A stretch of 55,146 bases of DNA. Source: Klebsormidium nitens (taxonomy: Eukaryota > Plantae > Klebsormidiophyceae). A program made the position numbers and the translations under genes. The DNA lies in the NCBI GenBank assembly GCA_000708835.1, contig DF237532.1:1-55146 (forward strand), given 5' to 3'. This document shows, in pieces, positions 37,501 through 47,300 of the stretch; the stretch's first letter is position 1, and each line of letters begins with the position of its first letter. A model generated the notes under the pieces. That model was not told the origin of the DNA, made no database searches, and was given only the letters and a program-made list of their open reading frames with translations.

Positions 37501-38518
37501 GACGTGCAAACTCTCCTGCTTCCGGGGCATCGCTTGAATCGGCGATCTCAGCTGCTTTCTCTGCTTTTTGCACATGCTGTATATACCACCTGCAAAGACA
37601 AATAAAATCCATGTCGTGAGAAGTACACTGTGGCAACACTGGCAGGGGGCCTTTGCATCTTGAAGGCGAAGGGATTAGGTGTCAGGGATGAACAGAGGCA
37701 GCTCAGGAGGACACTAGGCAAACATTCCTGCACCGGCCTCAAAGTTGGTTGCCCAATTTTGATTCAAGGACCGCTACATCTTCTTTGTGCCCTGTTCTTC
37801 GTATGCTGAGTCGCCACATAGCTTGGGACATGGCAAGGACTGTAACACTAGCTGACAAGTAGATTGGAGCGTCCTGCTATAACGGTTGCAGCAATCTAGC
37901 AGGATAGCGGTAAAATGTCCTCCGGTCCATGTTATGACCATAAGATGTGACCAACAGGTAAGCTTCATTGAATCAGCGCCAGTTTTGCTGCTTCTTTTTG
38001 AACACTTGCAACGTCGAATGCAGTGGTAGACTCAGGTTCCAGATACGGAGAGAAAGATACTTGGAGAAATAAGCCTAAAGAGAAAGGCAAGACATTCCTA
38101 TGACACATGACACTGATTGAATGTGAATGACTCCCACCGTTAATGGCATGAAACGAATGTGATCCTGTCAACCAGCGTATGGCATTTGCTCTATATGACG
38201 CCGAAAGCGGTATCTGACAAAGTCCCTTGGTGCATTTGGCAATGTGCCTTGCCATATGGCTTACCATGTCCTCATTGAGGCCCGCCCTTTCTGCATTCGT
38301 GCCTCCTGCAAAAGGCCTTCGAGACTGCTTTTCACAGACCCTTCTATTGAGGGTGAGGCAGCAGCCAATGCAGCTCGAGTGACCCCATGCTTCGCTGATC
38401 GGTTTGCGTAGCGCTGACTCAGAAGAAGCAGATTCGTAGGAGTCTCCAAACATGCTCTATTGAAGGAACCAGCGAGCAGGAAGGACTTCTGTTGGATGCA
38501 GAGCTGCGTGGACGCCAT
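25515..38518 (-). CDS. Putative plastid-targeted protein with 8 tandem MDxGRAxMRxWW helical repeats and a C-terminal FHA domain, 13 exons, 862 aa
   Basis: Exons 38518-38265, 37589-37461, 36664-36496, 35758-35592, 34446-34228, 33424-33203, 32455-32243, 31284-31051, 30060-29488, 28346-28163, 27443-27328, 26312-26246, 25556-25515 (last exon least certain). All GT-AG, phases compatible, no internal stops, total 2589 nt. FHA hallmarks: LIIG..., PT|VSGVHAKI, VDLKSTNGV, RLRPGTQYKLSDGDTLFFG. The N-terminus MASTQLC...VTRAA is S/A/R-rich and poor in acidic residues. Confidence 0.85.
28325..28620 (-). repeat. 79-bp tandem array (3 clear copies + 1 decayed) of the acceptor of exon 10 of the FHA gene
   Basis: CAG|GTGGATCAAGGAGCGGGA occurs at 28346 (real), 28425 and 28504. 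The two upstream copies read WIKEREPNGESP* and WIKERESNGGSP*. Confidence 0.9.
28560..35760 (-). repeat. Tandem array of ~1-1.6 kb intron+exon units forming the repeat region of the FHA gene
   Basis: Recurring intron blocks (GGGAGTGACGTCAGCAGC, GACGTCAGACATTGGC, AAACGTCGA) next to homologous exons, whose donors lie at 29488, 31051, 32243, 33203, 34228 and 35592. Confidence 0.9.
29613..30023 (-). repeat. Coding minisatellite, 5 x ~81 bp (27 aa, EPQGTESDKRPAPSESKTVTADTTKAQ) inside exon 9 of the FHA gene
   Basis: TCAGACTCCGTCCCCTGGGG recurs at 30001 and 29920 (81 nt apart) and further on. The reading frame stays open through all copies. Confidence 0.92.
35798..36093 (+). other. Antisense exon-like coiled-coil ORF inside intron 3 of the FHA gene
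   Basis: Open frame PHDGEEAG...EVAIRNLLKRLKQDTIVSSELVRMRKEKCEERERALKSTQDKLRLERDKRREK, bounded by CCCACAG| and |GTGAGA. Origin unknown. Confidence 0.35.
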
Positions 38519-39607
38519 GATTCGCCTTATAATCAAGTGGCGAATCTCCTGTTCACAGTTCTTTCGGGAGCCAATCCTGTAAATCCTAACTACAACCAGG
38601 TGGTTGCACTAGAGTAGGGAAGAAATTGTAGGAGACGACTTGCTCAGTGACGCAACTTATCGTTTTAGCTGGCCGGCCACCAACTTGACCCTCTCGTCCG
38701 ACCTAGCTGAAATTGCAAGGTTTTCACAAAAATTCACCCCGCAACTAATTTCGACGTTTCGTATCGAAGTTGCTCACTCTGAGGCAGATATTAGGCTGGG
38801 AATGATTTGTGCAGCGACTTAGCTCCGCCGTCGAAAGACATTCTGGATTTAATTTGAGATTTCCAGAATGGATAATGTTCTCGTCATGCCTCAGGCTCAA
38901 GAGTCGCAGAGCAGCTAAGTTCTGGGCCCTGGCCCTGGCCCTGGGCCTGGGAATGGGTGGACGGTGCATGCGGGGGTGCCTTTCACAAGTTTCAGACCGT
39001 CCGATCGCCAGGAAGGTCTTGCTCATCTTGCGCACTCCCTCTCCACTCGTCCAATTTGCCAGCAACAGGCTGGCCCAAGGCTGACGCTCGTTTTCAGAGA
39101 CTTTCTTTTGAAGATGGTCAGGCAACGAGCTCAGAAGGAGCTGGAGAATGGCATAGGTGGTCGCTTTCGGGTCCCTGCCTCTTACTATCTGGTTTTCCAA
39201 ACTCTGTCCATGTAAAACCAAGAAGTGCATCACTTCTACCACCTGCAGTTTGATCGTTTATTTCTTAGCAATGAGCATCTTCGACAGCACCCTTCCATTC
39301 ACAATCCAACTCTTGCAGAGTAGCTCATAAGGTTGCACCTCTTGATTGATCCACCCAAAGGAATGTCGACCTCAAGGGATTGGATGTTAAGAAGCGCCTC
39401 CCCAAATATGGAAACTTGCGGCCTATCGCTGCCGGAATTCATAAGCTCCTGCAATGGGTGTCACGATGACCAGTATGTGGCCGCTTGTATCGACAGACCG
39501 CAACGACGTCGCAGCTGTAGGCTGGATTTCGGGAAATTCTGGCACGCACAAGAGCGGACTAATTTGAGAGGGCGCGCAGGCCGCCAACACCAAGGTTAGA
39601 CAGAGAC

Positions 39608-39763
39608 ATGAGCTCGCCTACCGGCTTTGGCCCGAGCAGCAGGACGTATAGCTATGAGCAGCTCATGGAGCAGACCAGGAGAGTTGCGGAAGGCCTAGAG
39701 GAGCGAGGAGTAGCATCGGACGACGTGCACGTGGTCATGTCTCCAGCACCGAAGCTGCCTGAG
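39608..39763 (+). pseudogene. Orphan N-terminal exon of an AMP-binding (acyl-CoA synthetase/4CL-like) enzyme
   Basis: RTYSYEQLMEQTRRVAEGLEERGVASDDVHVVMSP..PE|GTGAGT resembles the TYxEL...RVAxGLxxxGVxxGDVV...PNxPE segment of adenylate-forming enzymes. I found no downstream exons. Confidence 0.45.
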
Positions 39764-42599
39764 GTGAGTTTTCATGCGGTCGATGGAGCAACTAGGAGCG
39801 GCCGGGGAGTCCAACAAACTCTGATTCAGGGGTTTACGCAATTGGGGGCGGAAACTTCTTGCAGCTTATAATCTGGGCCCCGAATACATGGCACCAGTGC
39901 GTCAAGAGGCTTGGATTGTGTTAGAACTGCAATTGCCGGCAGTACAGATGCCAGCATTTGTGCTCAAAGTCTACAAATCCAGGAGCACCAAGGACCCCAT
40001 TCTGCTGGCCGATGGGCTGTTCCCACGTTCAAACGCACGGCCCACTTGTCGAACATTCAGCCTAACCCTGAGATTCTACGGCCCTTACAACAGCTCTCTC
40101 TCTCATGCAGCAAGTCAATAAATTCTAGCTGCTTGTCAAACTTGCAAGGTGGGTTCGCATCTTGCATAAGTTTTGTCTCAGCTGATTATTGAAACAACAA
40201 TGGTTCAACAAGAGCAAGATTGGTTTGATCTTAGACCTAATCACTCCCCTTTCGAAAAGCAATTTCGGTCCTTCTCGAAGACTTGAAAGAAGACGCGGGA
40301 AGATTCGCTAACCCTTTAAACACTTCGTCCAGGTTAACTGAACAAGCCAGGAGCCAGCGCAGCAGCCCTTGACAAGGAACTGCTGGTTTTGAACTTTTCA
40401 AAGTCGTAGCAAAACTATATACACATCCAATAACACCAATCAAACCCTGTTGGCGGCAATCAACAAGGACGGCTGGTTGCTGACGTGTGACGTGGCAAAC
40501 GTCAGCGAGGGCGGGGAAGAGTTTCTCATGGATCGCGTCAAGAAGCTCATCAAAGACAAGGGCTCTCAGGTCAGCCTTCATAGCTTACGGGGCTCAGCAT
40601 AGCCTATGTTACTTGTCATGGCTTCCGGCACTTAATGTAGTGTACACTTACCGGTTGACCACGGCTCAATTGCTTGAAGTTCTTCCAGGCGTTTGATCAT
40701 GTCGAGAGGTCAAAACTTTAGAATGCACGTCTGCGCCACGCCTGGTACTCTAGCAGGTGTGAATTACCCTGGGCGTTGACACGATGAAGGTTATCGGACC
40801 CCGCTCGCAACTTGACCTTGTTCGGCGTCTCCTTGATGAATCCGGATGGCCAAGCTTTTTATTGGCCGTTCTTGAAACCTCGTTCCTCTTTGGATACTTA
40901 CTGCTCGCCAGATTGCTTACATTGGATGCTCGAAAGGTGGCCCTGGTCCCTTGGTCATCGTGCTCAGGTAAAGGTGGGCACTTGCTGCTATGAAGAAGAG
41001 CATTTTCGTACTGACAGTGAGAGTCGTTCCGCTCATTCCGCAGTTTTTCGTTCCTGACGGACGGAATGCGTTCCTCTTCCAGGTTCCGGTGGAGCTGGAG
41101 GCTCTCCTAGTCGACCGCCCCGTAGTCGTGGACGCAACAGTTATTGGGTAAGAACTGCGTCATCAAACACGCAATCAAACAGATTGCTGACGTCAGCTAG
41201 CTCGAGATCTGAGGTCATTGCTTACTGCGGTCCATGTGGCGGTATTGGGTCACTGATCCGATCGGTGGCGAACTGCGGCGACTGCGGCGACCTTTGGTCA
41301 ATTATCTAGAATTTTCTTCAGAAGGGCGTTCGACTTCAGGGGGACCCAATTATTGCGCACTCGATGTCGCAGAAGTTCTACCTCGCTGTCATTTAAATAA
41401 AGGAGATTGAAACTCAACGGGCCGGCAATCAGAACCCGAAAAATGTTTGTACAGTTGGGCTCGAGCCTCAGGTTTGCAACGCAGCGCGCGTGACTAGAAT
41501 CCTAAAACCGCTGTGGCTCTTCCAACCCTGTATCCGAAAGCCGCTGCCAAAAGCCACGTTGCGCTGCAGAAGTCACGACGGTTTGGTATTGATTCTTCAG
41601 AGTAATTGTAACGGTGTTAGCCTCAAAAAGGGTGGCTTAGCTTGGGGATCGGCGCGGAGCAGGTGAGCTAGGTTGCAGCATTAAGTTGGTAGGTTACGCT
41701 TTTCATCACTCACTCTGCTTTAACATGATACGTCATTTGCCGCAGAATTTGGGAGAGCCGCACTGGGCTTCTTCCGAACAGCAGATGGGTTCACGTTCAC
41801 CGAGGAGGAGGTACATCGCCAAGCAAGTGAGGCCCTCCCAAACCTCGGAAACTATTTTTGCTTTGAGTGTTGATTAGCGAGGAGTCAGCCAGACTTTCAG
41901 CACGCCAAGTGGTTTCAGCAGCTTTGTGAGGAGGTCGATGTGGAGACGAGTGAAGGATCCGCCATGTGGCACTTCTTCGTTGGTTCTGGTCTTCGTTGAA
42001 CGCTTTGAAGGATGGGGTTTAAGAGATTCTATACCAAGCACCTAGTCAAATGGACCGCGAGAACAAACAAGCTTGCGTTGGCCCGATTCAAAGCAGCACA
42101 CCCTGTGCGGCTGTGCTTTTGCAATCTAGCGGAGTTGGTTAAGCAGACCGCTTTGGTCCCACAAACCCCCTTCTTAGGCTGGCGGGTCAAACGTATCAAG
42201 TGGACAGCTGAGCGGGTTTGCTCCACGGCGGGTGTCCAGTGACCAGAAAGCGACAATCGAGCTACCGCATTTCCTGTCGGTCTGGGTTGAGAACCATCTA
42301 AAGCTCAATCCCGGGCAAAATCTAATCAGCGTCGTCTTTGAAAGCGTTTCCTGGCTCTCGGCCGTCAGATCGACCCCATTTTCCCGACACGCAAAAGTGT
42401 TCGAAGTGATCTCGAGCCGTGTGTCTATTTCCTGATCTTTAACCACTCCTTTAACCCGGCCTCTAACCACTCCTTCAACCCTGCCTATAATCCTGTTTCT
42501 GAACCTTCTGTCTTAGTCCTTTCGTACTGTGATTATTGTCCAGGCCGTCTACTACAAGAGGCTGAGCGCAATTGAGTTCGTAGAGAAAGTTTCGATTCC

Positions 42600-42760
42600 G
42601 ACTGCGGGTAAGATTCTGAGGAAGGGAATAAGGCCAAGGTCGCAGCAAGGATCAGGACGAGCAACGTGTGACCGCAGTCCGTGGTTAATCATACCGTCGG
42701 ACTCATTCATGTGGGCTCTACAATAGCCGCTAGACCTGAGGTCTACAATATTGGGCCAAA
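42600..42760. repeat. Degenerate dispersed repeat, copy 1 (homologue of about 50850-50990)
   Basis: GGCCAAGGTCGCAGCAAGGATCAGGACGAGCAAC (42632-42665) vs 50886-50919, 32/34 identical, with weaker similarity on both sides. Confidence 0.7.
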
Positions 42761-44369
42761 GCGTTTTCTGTCACTAATAGCTCCTCAACAGTGCTTGCGC
42801 GGGTTTTGTCGAAACGAGTTCGCTTCATGATCTCATGAGAGGCAATGTATATTCGTACAGCGAATAGGACTTACTGATCGGTAGTGCGTTTGTCAAAAGA
42901 CGCGACGCGAGAAGCAATGGGCTGCCCAGACGGCCGACTTGAAAACAAATATATTGTATGATGTCAGTCGGCCTCATAATCAGGGACACGCATGCAGCTA
43001 GCCATAGTTAGGCTCGATGGCCCGCCGCCCCGGCCAGAGGGTACGACGGTAGGATACTCAACGGACTCAACAGAAACGTTGGATCTTGAATTCAATATTG
43101 CTCCATCATGACATCGTACGAGCTGAGTCAGACTGAATCATTGGTATGCCGTGCCGATGACCTGTTCATATAGCTCGTCGCGATCGACAATCGAATAGCC
43201 GCCGAACGCTTTAGTATGCTAAGCAGCAGCCTGAGTCCGCGCGAGTCGATCCGAGATCGGTTCGATCTACATTCTACTAGAATGTAGGCTACACATGTAC
43301 TAGCGGTGGTACGTTCTGATCGAAGCACATCGCCAGAGATCATGCATGTGCAAAGAGCCAAACCGCGAACTTCAATCAAATCAAGGTCGGACTGATCCGA
43401 CCGTCAGATCCATGATCGATGCTCAGTGCACTAACTGATTGGAGAGTGCGGTAATTCTGGCTAAAGGGATTGAACTAGAGCATTTCCAAAAAAGGAATCA
43501 AGCACCACCTCCAAAAACAAAGCTCGCCTGTAGAGAACCGACTAAACCCCAAGTAGACTCATTGCATGCCCTGGTGTGCATCAAGCATCATGTATGCAGG
43601 GTTGCGTATCGGAATTCGTCGGATCCGATATCTAAATTGTATTCGCGCAGCCAATGGCCTAACGTTCAATAATGAGAGAGCGCGCGCACTAGTGTGAGAG
43701 ACAGAAGTACTCTCGCTGTTGAAAGCGGCTGTTCGCAATCATTACATCCGCTACTCAGAGCTCGTGTGTTCGTCTGTACGGATCATCCAGTAGACTGAAA
43801 GGCAACGTCGAGCTTCAAAGCGGAAAGCGGACTCGACCAAAAGGAGCTGTGACGAAACCGACGTGTCCACATTTCTCCTGCGCCGCCGGGAAGAAGATTG
43901 ACGATTTTGCGTCAGTTCTGACACTGACATAGCCCATAAAGGCAAGCGCGCACTTACTGCTTCGTCGACTGTGCATGGCGGGCGCCCCCGTATCACAGCC
44001 TGCCACGTGGCGCGGGCATATGGGCTGCTTCGCTTTTCTTGCATGGGCCAGTGTCAAACTGCAAGAAGTCTGCAGCTCAGCTACTAGCCTAGTAGAAGAA
44101 GGAAGCGCAAATACCCCTAAGCATGAAGCGAGGAGAGCGTCACTTAACGTAGTCATTGTATCTGCAGGCAGCGTCGTTGCTTGCGTAGACTTGCTTCGTC
44201 TAAGTCCTTGCTTGGAAAGAAAAAGGCAGGCGCCAATCCTGCCAAGCTGGCCCAAGAATCGGCGAGCAAAAGTGAACTCCAGAGCTGAAGAATGTTTCTA
44301 AGGGTCCTTGGGAAGAAGAAGGAAGGCGCAAACACCAAACCAGCGCCGCTCTTTTCGATGCGCGCAAAC

Positions 44370-47300
44370 ATGGCGATATCTGAAGCAATCGAAGCACGGC
44401 TCTCCCCAGCGGTGACCTCTGACGGCGTTCAAAAGCGCGCGCGCCGCGTCCGTTTCGCGCTCCGCTCCCAGCATTCCGGCGACCTCGCAGTGGAACCCCG
44501 CCCCCGGAACCAGGACAGACCCGCCCCAGTGGTCGCCCGGAACGAAGACCATCTCATTCTTGACCTGAAAGACGGGCAGCCTTGCACCATTTGGACCGTC
44601 TTCGTGATCTGGAGCATCTTCTTCTTTCCCTACAGCTCGTTCTTCCCGGCCACCATAGCCGCTGCGCTTTACATAGCGTACCGCCAGCTGGGCTATAGCG
44701 TATGGGTCGCTTGCGTCGCTCTGTGCCTCTTCTCACTATCAGTCCCCCTGTACTACAACCGCGCGTTCCGAGACGTGTACTTCCGGCGCTTACACATCAA
44801 GCTCGCGCACTACGCCAAATCGAGCAGAGCTGTCATTCCAGCCAAGAAGTACCCCCCCGGAAAGAATTACGTTTTTGGGTTACATCCCCACGGGCGGGTT
44901 ATGTACTCAACCCTGCTTCTCAGCCAGCTAAACGACGTTTTCCGGCGGGTGCTTCCGGATGGGGGGGGTGACGTGTTCGGGGGGGTTGCGGCCACGTTCT
45001 TCTACGTTCCCATATTTCGAAGTGAGTTTTCAAGGCAGCTCCTGACAAAGCTGGTGAATTTGTGGATTTCACAAACCTTCTCGCCATGTTCTTGGCCTGG
45101 GTCCATTTTCCTCCCTTGTTCACCGTTCCGAAACGAGTTTTAGGATCAGCCCTTATGGCTGGAAGATACCTTGATTATTCTCGAATTGAATCCCGCATAT
45201 CTTGCCCTGGGCCAGATCCTTCCGCGTTCGTTGGTTTTCCTGAGATTGATTTAAGTCCGCTCCAGGGCTGGGTCAGGGTGGGCAAAAATGGTCTCGCATT
45301 CAGTGTCCTGGATAGTGGTTTACATAAAACACAAACTTAACAGATGGCAATGGATTGATCGACATCCACCATAGCCGCCCGGGAAACGCTAGCGTGTCCA
45401 GGTGTGACATAGCGTGTCCAGGTGTCACATGATGGTCGAAATCTATGTCGAGAGGCATAAACCTTTCTGAAATTGCACCTTCACTCACTGCCTTCCCCTG
45501 ATTGTTCGGAACCGGGTTATCGATCGAAGCATTGTGGTCAGTGACTAACGAAAAGCTGCTCGTTACGGATGGGTCATCAATCGCATCAACTCTTCTAAAG
45601 TGACTTTAAGACTGTTTACTCTGTGAGACAGCGAGCTTTCAATGGATGAGACCTGGAAGGACCGAGCTACTTTCAGAGTCCCTACTATATGCAGGCATGT
45701 TCTGGGTGCTTCAGTCGGCCACGTGGCACTTTGCGGGTATAAGATGCCTGACTAAAGGATCCGTGTGCGCTCCACAGATTGGTGCTACATGTTGGGAGCA
45801 TTCTCTGCGACGAAGACCCTGATGCGAGCGCAACTAGACCGGGGAAACAACGTGAGGACCAGCCTCTGACCTTGATGACGTCTTTGCGGACGTGGTCTAA
45901 GTTTGCGGACCTTCGAAACACTTACACCGAGTCAAATGAAGCACAGCTAAAAGTCCCGCGATCCTTATGCCCCTAAGAATCTGCTGAACGGAACATCAAG
46001 GGCTGCTGTTTGTTTGTGAGAATAAGTTCCCTCGCTTTGGTTTAGGTCTTTCTATCTCGATCACTCTGTTAGAGCCTCTCATACAAGGGTTTGGACCTCT
46101 GCTCCGCTCTCCGCTCTAAGGAGCGGTTTTGTGGAGCGGTTCTAAGGAGCAGTTTCCGTTCTTTGGTGATCACAAACCCCGCGGAGAGCTTTGAGCTGCT
46201 TTTAATGACGACGTTCGCATGACGTGTCACCCGCACGCGTTCCATGCTGCTCTTTGACCTTGGATCTTTTGTCGGGCGGAACCTGGTTGAGCAAAACGAA
46301 CAAGTCTTTTTCAATCCTTTGATTCTAAAGTTGTGGTAATTTACATCGGACAACTGTGAAAGCGATCCATAAAAGTCCCGGTAGTGCAATGACGGAACTC
46401 CTGCACTTCTGACGTCGGCATCAAAAGCGCCCACGTAACAGGCTGCACGCCCCATCAGACTTAGTAGTTCTTTCAGTTTCTCTAGAAGTCTGCGATTTGG
46501 GAAGTCGTTTGAAGGATTTTCGGTTAAGGCTCCGATCGGGGTTGTCGCCCCCCCCAAGTTCTTGGGTGCATAACCGATTCTGTACATGTAGCAAATTTCG
46601 TTTGTCGGCACGAGTTGCGGTCACTCGGGCGGTATTCTGGGTAAGCTTGGACCTCATCATAATTCGTCCTTCTTCGAGTGCGAAGGCGGGTCTGATTAGC
46701 CTAACCCACTCTCCTTATCTTTGGCAGGTTGCGATGCTTGTGGGTTGCTCCAAGTTATTCCGGGTTGAGCTCGGCTTGTCCGTCCCTCTTTGCACAAACC
46801 GGTTTCCTTATGAAGCATAGAACCTTTTCCTGGCTGGTCGCAATCTCACGTCGGTGCATGCCTCGGGTCACTCAAGCTACTTCTTTTTGTATACTATAAC
46901 CTGGTTTGTTAACCCGACCAAATCCCTGTTTGCCGCCACAGGTTACGGAAGCCGTGGGCGGTGTGAACTTGGAGGTCTGCGTAAGCTTTGGGCCGGCTGT
47001 GCGACCTTCTACATGCAAGACCTGATAATTTTAGTCAGACTAACCCAAGAGATTCAACCCTGGCAGGTTGCGGTAACCGTGGGCGGTGTGAAGGAGGTGT
47101 GCCTGCCGACGTACGACGACAAAGACGTCTTGTACCTGAAAAAGCGGTGGGTTTGCTTGCGTTTACAGAAGGGTTTGCCTGCTAACCAGGCTGAGCAACC
47201 CGACCTGAACCAGACTCTGCAACCAATGTAACCGAGCTGCGACTAGGTGGAAGTCTGATTGATGGTCGTTTCTGCTGTTCATTGGACGTTTGACCAGCTT

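Noticed and set aside
45391-45430. Small local duplications (20 bp here; 25 bp at about 27534-27588; 24 bp at about 42437-42485; 13 bp at about 3150-3180)
   Set aside because: Ordinary slippage duplications with no evident function.
45692-45736. Possible extra DGAT2 exon (SMFWVLQSATWHFA)
   Set aside because: The next segment, 45778-45851, fits the DGAT2 consensus and phases without it.
46069-46611. 180-aa antisense ORF as a standalone gene
   Set aside because: About one ORF of this length is expected by chance in 55 kb on six frames. It has no recognisable motif, so it is mentioned only as supporting context.
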